Below are positions 8,399 through 19,658 of a stretch of 64,000 bases of DNA, one piece after another (the first letter of the stretch is position 1; each line of letters begins with the position of its first letter). Both the position numbers and the translations under genes were made by a program. Under the pieces are notes generated by a model. The model saw nothing but the letters and a program-made list of their open reading frames with translations. It was not told where the DNA came from and did no database searches. This stretch comes from OCS116 cluster bacterium AG-435-F03 (lineage in GTDB: Bacteria > Pseudomonadota > Alphaproteobacteria > MED-G09), in the NCBI GenBank assembly GCA_003212795.1, contig QCOV01000001.1:695231-759230 (forward strand), written 5' to 3'.

Positions 8399-9670
8399 CT
8401 AAGTTTTCTCAAAAGTTAAATATAATTTATTCAGACCCCGTAAAGCAAAATGTGATCGATGAAGAAAATCATTTTTATTTTCAGCAAGATTAATATTAGT
8501 TAGTCTTTCTAGAAGTATTTGAAATGCTAATCTCATTTCTTGCCTTGCCAAAGGGGCGCCAATACAATGATGATGAGAGGTTCCATACGCAAGATGTTTG
8601 CCTGGGTTTTTTCTATCTAAAATCATATCCATAGGACATTCAAATTGCTCTTCATCTCTATTGGCTGATCCAAAACGCATATCAATTATTGAACCCTCTG
8701 GTATTTCAACCCCTGATAACAAAACATCCTTTCTAACTCTTCTAAAAAGACTCTGCACAGGTGTTTCTAGTCTAATTATTTCCTCTACGAAATTTTTATA
8801 TTTTGCTTTTCCAGAGATAAGGTCGTCCATCTTGTCTCTTTGTTGCATCAACATCAACATTCCACTACCTAAGGAATCAGTAGTTGTTTCATTACCACCA
8901 ATGTTTAAGTCACTTACAATTGAGAGAAGTTCTTCAGTTTCTAATTTCTTTCCATCTTCATCAATATAATTAACAAGGTCAGAAATTATATCATCTTTTG
9001 GATTCAATCTTTTTTCTTCAAATGTTTTAACCATATAATGTTGAAATTCTACTAGCCTCTCAGCTACAGAGATTTCTTCTTCTTCGCTAAGCATTTGACT
9101 TAAACCTGCAGAAGTATCTTGCGACCAGGATTTAAGTTTCGGAAGGTCTTTTTTAGGAAAACCTAACCTATCTTGAATAACATTCATTGGTAAAGGTATA
9201 CAAAATTGAGAAACAAACTCGACCTCCCCATCATCTATAAAGGAATCAATTAAATCATTAATTAAATTCACAATATAGGGTTCCATATTTTTTACTCTTT
9301 TTGCAGTAAAAGATGGGTTTGCTGCCTTTCTAAATTTAGTATGATATGGCGGCTCTGCACCAAAACAAGGTATCTGCTGCCATCCCTTTTCTCGAAAAAC
9401 CCTTCCTACACTATCTCCGTGTTTCCAATAACCCTTTTTTTTATGCTTTGAATCTTTTTCCCAATAGGCTGCTATATCGCGTGAAAAGTAATCGTAATCC
9501 GTTAATACTCTTTTTAAATCATCATATTTAGTGACAACATAAAAACCTGTATCTTTGCTATGATAAACTGGGGCCTCTTCTCTATAAACTTTATAGGCTT
9601 CATAGGGGCTTTCAATAACATCGGGGTCTAAAAGATTATAATTTTCAGGTGATTTTATTTTTTTATTCAT
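8399..9670 (-). CDS. Cytochrome P450
   Basis: I-helix GGNETT, ExxR (EIIR), and heme-Cys loop YGTSHHHCIGAPLA. The track start at 9691 is TTG, and the ATG at 9670 (MNKKIK...) is preferred. Confidence 0.9.
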   Translation of the reverse strand: MNKKIKSPENYNLLDPDVIESPYEAYKVYREEAPVYHSKDTGFYVVTKYDDLKRVLTDYDYFSRDIAAYWEKDSKHKKKGYWKHGDSVGRVFREKGWQQIPCFGAEPPYHTKFRKAANPSFTAKRVKNMEPYIVNLINDLIDSFIDDGEVEFVSQFCIPLPMNVIQDRLGFPKKDLPKLKSWSQDTSAGLSQMLSEEEEISVAERLVEFQHYMVKTFEEKRLNPKDDIISDLVNYIDEDGKKLETEELLSIVSDLNIGGNETTTDSLGSGMLMLMQQRDKMDDLISGKAKYKNFVEEIIRLETPVQSLFRRVRKDVLLSGVEIPEGSIIDMRFGSANRDEEQFECPMDMILDRKNPGKHLAYGTSHHHCIGAPLARQEMRLAFQILLERLTNINLAENKNDFLHRSHFALRGLNKLYLTFEKT

Positions 9671-9693
9671 TTTAAAACTTTCTAAATACAAAA

Positions 9694-10521
9694 CTATAGG
9701 ATTAGGGGTGGATTACCAAGCGTAAATTCAACATGATTTTGGATTCTTAAGGTTTCTTTATCAATATCGCCATTAATATCTAATGGATCAATTTGGCGAC
9801 CGAAAGTAATTGTATACTTAAATTCCTCTTTATTTACCAGTTCGCTAAATAGACTAATGTTTTTTAATTCTTCATTAAAAATATCTAAAAAATAATAGAA
9901 AAGTGAATTATGCCCATCCATATGAAAAGGTATAATTGGCGCATTATATTTCTTTGACAGCTTAACAATAGTGTTTAACCAAGGTCTTTCAAACAACTTG
10001 AAGCCTTTTCTTTTAGAAAGGCGAGATGATGGAAAAACTAATAAACACTTACCTTCATTAAGAGTCTCCTTTGTTCTTTTCAGAATTTCTTTGCTTTTAC
10101 CTATATTTTTATTGTCATCATTCCAATCGACAGGAATAATAATATCTTCAAAACCTTTAGATAATTTAATCATGTCAATATTTGCATAAAGCGTATAATC
10201 AGGGCGCCTATCTTTCATAACTTCAAACATTACTATTCCATCAGTAAGACCAGTTGGATGATTTCCCGCTAATATGATTGGGCCATGTTCTGGTACCAAT
10301 TCAATATTTCTTATATCTAGATTAAATTTCAGCAGATTTGTTAAATAAGTAAAACATTCAAAACCAGATATATTAGAAATATCGTCGGTAATGTTTTTTG
10401 CTGTTTGATATTTAAATATTTTAAAAATTGTAGGCTTTATAACCGACCACAAATACTTATTAGACATCAATTTAGGACATCTTTCTTCTATAATTTCATC
10501 AATAGGATGAATTCTATGCAT
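9694..10521 (-). CDS. Lysophospholipid/glycerol acyltransferase (PlsC-LPLAT superfamily) protein
   Basis: GNHPTGLTDG acyltransferase motif followed by FPSSRLS. The size and layout resemble the LPLAT subfamily often paired with aminolipid N-acyltransferases. The ATG overlaps the rodA stop by 8 nt. Confidence 0.6.
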   Translation of the reverse strand: MHRIHPIDEIIEERCPKLMSNKYLWSVIKPTIFKIFKYQTAKNITDDISNISGFECFTYLTNLLKFNLDIRNIELVPEHGPIILAGNHPTGLTDGIVMFEVMKDRRPDYTLYANIDMIKLSKGFEDIIIPVDWNDDNKNIGKSKEILKRTKETLNEGKCLLVFPSSRLSKRKGFKLFERPWLNTIVKLSKKYNAPIIPFHMDGHNSLFYYFLDIFNEELKNISLFSELVNKEEFKYTITFGRQIDPLDINGDIDKETLRIQNHVEFTLGNPPLIL

Positions 10522-11656
10522 CTAATATACTCTCAATCTTTATATCCCTTTGCCTTCTTGCATTAAGAACAAAACCCATCGCTGCACAAAGAGAGATTAT
10601 TGCTGAACCACCGTATGAAAGCATAGGTATTGGAACACCAACTATTGGAATTAATCCAGTTATCATCGCGCAATTAATAAAGAAATATAAAAAAATCAAT
10701 ACAGATATTGATCCACATGCAACTGAACTAAATCGACTTCTAGCTACGATTGAAGTATGCATAGATATTATAATAAAGTAGGAAAAAATTGAGAAAATAA
10801 ATATTCCCCCTACTAATCCTGTTTCTTCAAGGAGCACTGCTAACATAAAATCATTATGTTTTTCAGGAAGAAAATTAAGCTGGCTCTGTGTGCCTGACAT
10901 AAAACCTTTTCCAATTAAACCTCCAGAACCAATAGCTATTTTTGATTGAATTATATGATAACCTGATCCGAAAGGATCCTTATCAGGATCAAGAAAAACT
11001 TCTAATCTTTTCATTTGGTAAGGCTTTAAGCTAGTAATAATGAGCGGGATAGTCACAAAAACAAATGATGAGCCCAATACAACCCATTTCAAATAAAGCC
11101 CAGAAAAGAAAACAGTAGAAAACCCTGCTAGAATTAGTAAAACAGCTGTCCCCAAATCAGGTTGATTTAAAATTAAAAAAGAGGGAACCAAAATTAGTAT
11201 TACTGGTAATACATTGTATCTCAATTGCCTAGATTTGCTTTCTCCAAAAAAACTATAATAGGAAGCTAATGTTAAAATTAGTATAAATTTTAAAAACTCT
11301 GATGGCTGAAAACTTGTTCCTCCTAAATTTATCCATCTAGACACTGTTGAAGACTCAAATACATATAGCCAAGCCAGCATAGCCAGTATCACAAAGTACA
11401 TTGGAAAAGAAATAACTCTCAGAATTCGAAAACTAATAAAGGAAAAAAATATAAAAAATATGAATCCAACTATTAAACGAAGAAAATGATTCGTTACTGT
11501 CTGATTAAATTCTCCACCAGAAATGGAAAATAGCATCAATAATCCGGTAGAACCTAACATAAGTAAACAAAGTGGTATGCCGTAATTAATACCTCTAAAT
11601 TTATCAAAGTAGAGAGTTTTTTTATGTAAAATGCTCTTTCTTTGTTTTCTATACAT
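10514..11656 (-). CDS. rodA: Rod shape-determining SEDS glycosyltransferase RodA
   Basis: 380 aa SEDS family protein (NQPDLGTAVL, LPEKHNDFM, PMLSYGGSA), immediately downstream of mrdA. Confidence 0.9.
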   Translation of the reverse strand: MYRKQRKSILHKKTLYFDKFRGINYGIPLCLLMLGSTGLLMLFSISGGEFNQTVTNHFLRLIVGFIFFIFFSFISFRILRVISFPMYFVILAMLAWLYVFESSTVSRWINLGGTSFQPSEFLKFILILTLASYYSFFGESKSRQLRYNVLPVILILVPSFLILNQPDLGTAVLLILAGFSTVFFSGLYLKWVVLGSSFVFVTIPLIITSLKPYQMKRLEVFLDPDKDPFGSGYHIIQSKIAIGSGGLIGKGFMSGTQSQLNFLPEKHNDFMLAVLLEETGLVGGIFIFSIFSYFIIISMHTSIVARSRFSSVACGSISVLIFLYFFINCAMITGLIPIVGVPIPMLSYGGSAIISLCAAMGFVLNARRQRDIKIESILDA

Positions 11657-11658
11657 TT

Positions 11659-13443
11659 TTATGCTTTTGATCCCTGGGTTTTAATTTTTTGACATGCTAA
11701 TAAAATATCCCTTCCTAGAGGCGCAGCTTTTTGGCTGCCTGAACCTCCATGCTCTATAACAATTGAAACAGAATATTTTGGTTGTGTTGTTGGAGCATAA
11801 CCAACAAAAAGAGCATGGTCTCTTTCATTCCAAACTTTTGAAATAATTATTTCTTCTTTTCTTTCTTCTTCAGTTATTTCTTTTACTTGTGAAGTTCCAG
11901 TCTTACCTGCCATTCTCCAGTTATCCGCTTCAATTCTGCTAGAATAAGCATTACTACCTTTTTCATTAACAGCTATATCCAATAAATCTCTAAGCAAATC
12001 TAAATTAGAAAAATTAAATCCAGCAGGCCTTATTTTATTTTTTTTATTCAAATTTGGTGATTTTATTATTTTAGGCTCGATGTAGAACCCTTTGTTTGCA
12101 ATCATTGATATCATTACATTTAATTGCAAAGGAGTTGCAGAAATATAACCCTGGCCGATACCAGCAACTAGTGTATCGCCTAAATTCCAATTATTATTAA
12201 TATTATTTTCTATCCACTTTTTAGTTGGCACTAGCCCATTTCTCTCTTTGTCACTAATTAAATCGAAATTTCTACCAAATCCTAATCGAAGAGCCATATT
12301 GGCAATCTTTTCAATACCAAGTCTTCTAGCAAGGTCATAAAAATAGACATCGCAAGATTCTTTTATTGCCTTTCTAAGATCGACCTCTTCATGGCCCTTA
12401 TCCTTCCAACAATGAAAATTTCTTTTTCCATATTTTGTTTTTCCGTTACAAAAAACCTTATCATCTGGGTTAAGTAACCCATCCTCTAGGCCAGCTAAAG
12501 CAGTAACGATTTTAAATGTTGAGCCTGGAGGATATTCACCATTAATAGCTTTGTTCAAAAATGGTTTTCTTTCATCTTCTGATATTTTATTCCATTCATC
12601 GTAACTAAAGCCATCAATAAATTTATTGCTATCAAAACTTGGTGTTGAACACATAGCCAAAATTTCACCATTTTGGATATTCATTACTGTTGCTGCACCT
12701 ACATTATTACCCATTATTTTATGAACGGCGTTTTGAAGATCTTGATCAATTGTTAAAACTACATCTTGACCATTTATTGCTTTATTTTCCTCCAAAATAC
12801 GTATGCTTTTTTCTTCAGAATTTACTTCTGTTTTCACATAACCTAAATGACCTGATAAAATATGATCGAATTTTAGCTCTAAACCAGAAAGTCCAATAGT
12901 TTTTAAACTCTCTGAATTTGAATCATTTATGAAACCAGTATATCCAATAAGATGAGAAAAACTTTTCGAATTGATATAAGATCTTTTCGAGTTATCTTCG
13001 ATTAAAAAACTCTCTAAATCATCATTTAAAAAATTTAAAGCAGATATTTCATCAATAGTTAAATTTTCTTTTATTTCTATTTTTTTTAATTTTTTATTAA
13101 ATATCCTCTTATTAATCATCTCAATTTGATCATTATTTAAACTTAATTCATTACTAATTTTTTTTATAAGCACTTGATCTGGTAAAGCAGACCCTGAGGA
13201 ATAAGTTAATTTAAAATTGGAAGAATTTAATGCTAATTCATTACCATTTCGATCATAGAAGATGCCTCTTTTAGGAAACAATGGAGTTATTCTTATGCGA
13301 TTCTTATCAGATAATAGTAAATATTTATCTTGCTCACTGACTTGAAGTTTCCAAAGCCTTGATAAAAGAAATGATGAAAGAATAATCATTCCTCCACCAA
13401 CAAAAAATACACGACGGTTTATGTCGTTGTTTTTTTCATACAT
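11659..13443 (-). CDS. mrdA: Penicillin-binding protein 2 (elongasome transpeptidase)
   Basis: SxxK (GSTFKIV) and KTGT (GKTGTSQ) motifs, N-terminal TM anchor, located between mreB and rodA. Confidence 0.9.
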   Translation of the reverse strand: MYEKNNDINRRVFFVGGGMIILSSFLLSRLWKLQVSEQDKYLLLSDKNRIRITPLFPKRGIFYDRNGNELALNSSNFKLTYSSGSALPDQVLIKKISNELSLNNDQIEMINKRIFNKKLKKIEIKENLTIDEISALNFLNDDLESFLIEDNSKRSYINSKSFSHLIGYTGFINDSNSESLKTIGLSGLELKFDHILSGHLGYVKTEVNSEEKSIRILEENKAINGQDVVLTIDQDLQNAVHKIMGNNVGAATVMNIQNGEILAMCSTPSFDSNKFIDGFSYDEWNKISEDERKPFLNKAINGEYPPGSTFKIVTALAGLEDGLLNPDDKVFCNGKTKYGKRNFHCWKDKGHEEVDLRKAIKESCDVYFYDLARRLGIEKIANMALRLGFGRNFDLISDKERNGLVPTKKWIENNINNNWNLGDTLVAGIGQGYISATPLQLNVMISMIANKGFYIEPKIIKSPNLNKKNKIRPAGFNFSNLDLLRDLLDIAVNEKGSNAYSSRIEADNWRMAGKTGTSQVKEITEEERKEEIIISKVWNERDHALFVGYAPTTQPKYSVSIVIEHGGSGSQKAAPLGRDILLACQKIKTQGSKA

Positions 13444-13466
13444 TTTTAATTTTTATACTGATTCCT

Positions 13467-14513
13467 TTAATGCCTGCCATAAGGTGTGCTTAATGTATCT
13501 CTCATCGTCTTTATATTTTTCATCACTTTACCTGACCCTAAAGCTACACTTGATAAAGGCTCTTCAGCATATTTTACTTTCAGGCCTGTTGCGCGCTCAA
13601 TAACTACATCCATGTTGTCTAATAATGAACCTCCTCCAGTTAAAAGGATGCCATTCTCATAAATATCACCAGTTAATTCGGGTGGAGCTGATTCAAATGC
13701 CTCCTTAATAGTCTCTGTAATTTCAAATAATGCCTCGGCTAAACTTTCGGAAATATGTCTCTCAGTAATTTCTTTCTCTACTGGGACGCCTTCTGTTATC
13801 TCTTTACCTTTTATTGTCATCTTTCTTCCATCACCATGTTTGGGAACAATCCCTGAACCAATGTGTATTTTAAGTTGTTCTGCTGTAATCTCACCAATGT
13901 GGATATTTTCATTTCTTCTTAAATTAGAGATGATTGATTTATCAAATTCATTTCCACCAACTCTAATAGACTTAGAAAAAACTATTCCACCAAGAGATAT
14001 TATTGCGATTTCAGTAGTTCCCCCACCTATATCAATTATCATTGAGCCTTTTGCTTCATTAATTGGAAGATCGGATCCTATAGCTGCAGCCATAGGTTCC
14101 TCGATTAAAAAAACTTTTCTAGCTCCAGTAGCTAAACCAGAGTCCAAAATAGCTTTTCTTTCAGCGGGAGTAGAGCTTGCGGGAACACATATCATTAATC
14201 TAGGGCTAAAAAGGTTTTTATTTAATAAGGATTTACTTATAAAATATTTTAACATTTCTTCAGCAGCTAAATAATCGGCAATTATTCCTTCACGCATTGG
14301 TTTTATGGTTTCAATGTTTTCTGGGGTTCTGCCATGCATTTCTTTCGCTTTTGACCCAATGGCAATTATACCCATATTTAAATCTGCTTTATCCACAGCC
14401 AAAATTGACGGTTCATTTAAAACGATTCCATTATCATGGTGATGGATAAGTGTATTGACTGTACCTAAATCTATAGCCAAATCAGAACTAAGAAAATTCA
14501 AATATTTTTTCAA
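13467..14513 (-). CDS. mreB: Rod shape-determining actin homologue MreB
   Basis: DLAIDLGTVNTLI, DIGGGTTEIAIISLGG, and LTGGGSLL. Confidence 0.95.
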   Translation of the reverse strand: MKKYLNFLSSDLAIDLGTVNTLIHHHDNGIVLNEPSILAVDKADLNMGIIAIGSKAKEMHGRTPENIETIKPMREGIIADYLAAEEMLKYFISKSLLNKNLFSPRLMICVPASSTPAERKAILDSGLATGARKVFLIEEPMAAAIGSDLPINEAKGSMIIDIGGGTTEIAIISLGGIVFSKSIRVGGNEFDKSIISNLRRNENIHIGEITAEQLKIHIGSGIVPKHGDGRKMTIKGKEITEGVPVEKEITERHISESLAEALFEITETIKEAFESAPPELTGDIYENGILLTGGGSLLDNMDVVIERATGLKVKYAEEPLSSVALGSGKVMKNIKTMRDTLSTPYGRH

Positions 14514-14526
14514 AAAATTCTCCTAA

Positions 14527-16074
14527 TTAATTAGCTATCTCCTCAGGAATACTTTTCTCTCTTTTAACCATAAGACGATTTAAAGCACTTATATACGCCC
14601 GAGCAGAAGCTACTAAAGTATCAGTATCTGCACCTCTTCCTATAACTGTCTTACCTGATTCGTGTAATCTTACACTAACTTCTGCTTGAGCATCAGTTCC
14701 TTCTGTAACAGCATGAACCTGATATAACTGTAAACTAGCAGTATGTGGAATAAGAGTTCTTATTGAATTAAATAAGGCATCTACCGGTCCATCGCCCTCA
14801 GATTTATTTTGTTTTACTTCTCCATCTATCTCTAATGAAAGATCTGCAAATTGTGGACCTTCAGTACCAGCATAAATAGATAAAGATACTAGCTTTATAA
14901 CATCTAAGCCTTTAGAAAATTCATCATCAATTAGAGCAACAATATCATCGTCAAAGACTTCTTTTTTCTTATCAGCTAAATCCTTAAACCTATAAAATGC
15001 ATCATTTAATTGATTATCAGCTAGCACATAACCAAGTTCTTTGGCTTTTTCTTTAAAAGCATGTCTTCCAGAATGCTTACCCATCACTAAAGTGGATTCA
15101 TTTAAACCAATACTTTCTGGGGTCATGATTTCATATGTTTCATTGTTCTTGAGCATTCCATCTTGATGAATACCAGATTCATGTGCAAAAGCATTTTTTC
15201 CAACAATGGCTTTATTAAATTGAACTGGAAAAGATGTAACTGAAGATACAAGTTTTGAAGCACGAGTGAAAAGCTTTGTTTCAACTCCTGAGTCATAATC
15301 TAATATATCATTTCTTACTTTCATAGACATGACAATTTCTTCAAGAGCAGCATTACCAGCTCTCTCACCAATTCCATTCATGGTACACTCAATTTGTCTT
15401 GCGCCCGCTCTGACACCAGACAAAGAATTAGCAACTGCTAAACCTAAATCATTATGGCAATGTGTTGAGAAAATAACTTTATCTGAATCTGGTATATTTT
15501 TTATTAAAGAGTCAATTATTTCATAATATTCATCTGGGGTTGTATAACCTACTGTATCAGGAATATTAATTGTGGTAGCTCCAGATGATATAGCCATATC
15601 AACACATTTAAATAAAAAATCTCTATCTGTTCTTGTGGCATCTTCTGCAGACCATTGAACATCTTCTACTAAATTTCTTGCTCTTGATACAGAGAAATTA
15701 ATAGCATCAAGAACTTCTTGCTCATTCATTTGTAATTTGTACTGCATATGAACAGGGCTGGTTGAAATAAAAGTATGAATTCTAGGGTTTTTTGCATACT
15801 TTAATGCTTCAGCAGCTCTATCAATATCCTTTTGCCCTGCCCTAGATAACCCACAAACTTGAACATTTTTTACTATTCTAGAGACTTCTTTAACTGACTC
15901 AAAATCACCATTTGATGCAATCGGAAATCCGGCTTCAATAATGTCTACGCCCATTTCATCAAAAATTTCAGCAATTTGTATTTTTTCCTCAAGAGACATT
16001 GAAGCTCCTGGAGATTGCTCACCATCTCTTAAGGTTGTATCAAAAATTTTAATATAATTATCTTTACTATTCAT
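14527..16074 (-). CDS. leuA: 2-isopropylmalate synthase
   Basis: FDTTLRDGEQSPG N-terminus, HCHNDLGLAVANS, and a C-terminal LeuA dimerisation/regulatory domain. A GGAG SD lies 7 nt upstream of the ATG. Confidence 0.95.
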   Translation of the reverse strand: MNSKDNYIKIFDTTLRDGEQSPGASMSLEEKIQIAEIFDEMGVDIIEAGFPIASNGDFESVKEVSRIVKNVQVCGLSRAGQKDIDRAAEALKYAKNPRIHTFISTSPVHMQYKLQMNEQEVLDAINFSVSRARNLVEDVQWSAEDATRTDRDFLFKCVDMAISSGATTINIPDTVGYTTPDEYYEIIDSLIKNIPDSDKVIFSTHCHNDLGLAVANSLSGVRAGARQIECTMNGIGERAGNAALEEIVMSMKVRNDILDYDSGVETKLFTRASKLVSSVTSFPVQFNKAIVGKNAFAHESGIHQDGMLKNNETYEIMTPESIGLNESTLVMGKHSGRHAFKEKAKELGYVLADNQLNDAFYRFKDLADKKKEVFDDDIVALIDDEFSKGLDVIKLVSLSIYAGTEGPQFADLSLEIDGEVKQNKSEGDGPVDALFNSIRTLIPHTASLQLYQVHAVTEGTDAQAEVSVRLHESGKTVIGRGADTDTLVASARAYISALNRLMVKREKSIPEEIAN

Positions 16075-16106
16075 TTTTTACTCCATTTGTATTGAAAGTG
16101 TTTTTA

Positions 16107-16142
16107 ACCTCTGAGAACAAAAATATATTGAACCTCAGAGGC
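16107..16142 (-). promoter_or_regulatory. GC-rich hairpin between the mini-ORF and leuA (candidate attenuator/terminator or processing signal)
   Basis: Arms 16134-16141 and 16108-16115 (CCUCUGAG / CUCAGAGG in the minus-sense RNA) form 8 Watson-Crick bp. Flanking G-U pairs extend the stem only in the minus-sense transcript. The loop is about 14-16 nt and the tail is UUAAAAAC, a weak U-tract. Confidence 0.4.
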
Positions 16143-16239
16143 AAATCAGGAGTAATGCTAGTAAACCTAGAACAACCAAAAAGATATTGTTGAAAGAATT
16201 GATGCTTTCAAAAAAATTATTATTTTCTAATTGTTCCAT
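16135..16239 (-). CDS. Candidate Leu/Ile/Val-rich leader peptide (34 aa) upstream of leuA; alternatively a small tail-anchored membrane peptide
   Basis: Hand translation gives MEQLENNNFFESINSFNNIFLVVLGLLALLLICL*. AAGGT lies 6 nt upstream of the ATG. The last 17 residues contain 8 Leu, 2 Val and 2 Ile. The TGA stop (16137-16135) lies inside the 5' arm of a hairpin. Confidence 0.35.
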   Translation of the reverse strand: MEQLENNNFFESINSFNNIFLVVLGLLALLLICL

Positions 16240-16293
16240 TTCATTACCTTTAAAAAGATAAATGCATGAAATTTTTGATTTATTCAAGAGAAA

Positions 16294-17851
<1,558 letters not shown>

Positions 17852-17852
17852 A

Positions 17853-19610
17853 TTAAATTAATACCTTCCCTTCATCAGAAACCTCTGGGTTATCGTCGCT
17901 TTCTCCTAATAACATTTCATTATGCGCTGCTCCTGAAGGAATCATCGGATAGCAATTCTCATCTTGGTCAACCACACAATCGAAAATAACTGGACCTTGA
18001 TAATCGACCATTTCTTGTATTTTTTGATCCAGTTCGTCAGGTTTTATTGCTCTAAGGCCAAGACAGCCATATGCCTCAGCAAGTTTTACAAAATCAGGTA
18101 AAGAATCTGTATATGAATGAGAATATCTTCCTCCATGCAATAATTCTTGCCATTGCCTTACCATTCCCATGTACTGATTATTTAGAATAAACACCTTAAT
18201 AGGAAGTTTGTGCTGAACAGCTGTCGATAGCTCTTGAATATTCATCAATATTGATGCTTCGCCAGCAATATCAATAACTAAACTACTTGGGTGGGCCACT
18301 TGAACGCCAATTGCAGCAGGTAACCCATAACCCATTGTTCCAAGTCCACCCGAGGTCATCCATCTATTAGGTTCATCAAATTTATAATATTGAGCAGCCC
18401 ACATTTGATGCTGCCCTACTTCAGTAGTTATATATGAATCATTATCTTTAGTTAGCTCATATAATCTTTCTACCGCATATTGAGGCTTTATCACATCAGT
18501 GGAATTTTTATAATCTAGAGATTTTTTATTTCTCCATTTTTCAATTTGTTCCATCCATGAGTCAATATTTACCCTTAGGCCTTTCGATTTCCATTTTAAT
18601 AAAATACCTTCAATTGCGTGGGCGCAATCACCAACTACAGAAACATCAACTGGTACAGTCTTATTCATTGATGAAGGATCAATGTCAATGTGTATTTTTT
18701 TTGAATTAGGTGAAAAAGCATCTAATCTTCCAGTAACCCTATCATCAAACCTTGCGCCAATATTTATTAAAAGATCACATTCATTCATCGCTAAATTAGC
18801 TTCATAGGTTCCATGCATTCCAAGCATTCCAAGCCAATTACTTTCATTTGATGGAAATGCACCTAAACCCATTAAAGTACTAGTAATGGGAAAACCAGTT
18901 AATAACACAAGCTCTTTTAATAAATGACTTGCTTCTGAACCAGAGTTTATGACTCCTCCACCAGTATAAAAAATAGGTTTTTTAGCATTTGCCATCAATT
19001 CTATAGCTTCATCGATAAAACGCATATCGGGCTTAATCTGAGGATTATAGTTTTCTGATTTTATTTCACTTGGTGGAAAATATTTTGCATCAGCAAATTG
19101 AATATCTTTTGGAATATCTACAACAACTGGACCAGGTCTTCCTGAAGTAGCTACATGAAAAGCTTCATGTAAAATACGACATAAGTCATCAGGATCTTTT
19201 ACAAGCCAATTATGTTTTGTGCATGGTCTCGTTATTCCAACAGTATCTGCTTCTTGAAAAGCATCAGTTCCAATTAAATGAGTTGGTACTTGGCCTGAAA
19301 TGCAAACTAGAGGAATTGAATCCATCATTGCATCAGTTAATCCAGTAACAGCATTGGTAGCTCCAGGTCCAGATGTTACAACTAAAACTCCAGGTTTTCC
19401 TGTTGATCTAGCATATCCTTCAGCTGCATGTGCAGCGCCTTGTTCATGCCTTACTAAAATATGTCTAGGTGAGTCATTGCTTTTGAATATCTCATCATAT
19501 AATGGCAAAACAGCGCCACCAGGATATCCAAAAATATGATCAACTGAATGATCTTTTAAAACCTTCAGTATCACCTCTGCGCCAGTTAATTTAGTCATAC
19601 TTTTTTCCAT
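17853..19610 (-). CDS. ilvI: Acetolactate synthase large subunit
   Basis: 585 aa ThDP enzyme with GYPGGAVLP and [15 protein letters not shown]. Confidence 0.95.
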   Translation of the reverse strand: MEKSMTKLTGAEVILKVLKDHSVDHIFGYPGGAVLPLYDEIFKSNDSPRHILVRHEQGAAHAAEGYARSTGKPGVLVVTSGPGATNAVTGLTDAMMDSIPLVCISGQVPTHLIGTDAFQEADTVGITRPCTKHNWLVKDPDDLCRILHEAFHVATSGRPGPVVVDIPKDIQFADAKYFPPSEIKSENYNPQIKPDMRFIDEAIELMANAKKPIFYTGGGVINSGSEASHLLKELVLLTGFPITSTLMGLGAFPSNESNWLGMLGMHGTYEANLAMNECDLLINIGARFDDRVTGRLDAFSPNSKKIHIDIDPSSMNKTVPVDVSVVGDCAHAIEGILLKWKSKGLRVNIDSWMEQIEKWRNKKSLDYKNSTDVIKPQYAVERLYELTKDNDSYITTEVGQHQMWAAQYYKFDEPNRWMTSGGLGTMGYGLPAAIGVQVAHPSSLVIDIAGEASILMNIQELSTAVQHKLPIKVFILNNQYMGMVRQWQELLHGGRYSHSYTDSLPDFVKLAEAYGCLGLRAIKPDELDQKIQEMVDYQGPVIFDCVVDQDENCYPMIPSGAAHNEMLLGESDDNPEVSDEGKVLI

Positions 19611-19658
19611 TTAATGATATGCGAAAACTAAATTCTTAATACATAAAGGTCAAGAGTT

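Noticed and set aside
13840-14274. Long antisense ORFs inside conserved genes: 144 aa in mreB, and also 8598-8969 (P450), 22247-22576 (degP), 38211-38606 (lpxC), 40093-40473 (ftsZ) and 43156-43497 (ddl).
   Set aside because: These are typical shadow ORFs on the opposite strand of strongly conserved genes. The translations are low-complexity (S/L/I/P-rich) and have no start context.
14389-14397. A perfect DnaA box TTATCCACA inside the mreB coding region.
   Set aside because: It is a single site within a conserved ORF and is most simply a chance occurrence. It is used only as a caution for the mraZ-upstream box.
19626-19654. Possible ilvI promoter on the minus strand: TTGACC at 19654-19649 with a TAGTTT-like -10 hexamer.
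   Set aside because: The -10 match is poor and the spacing ambiguous. Read-through from miaA is equally plausible.
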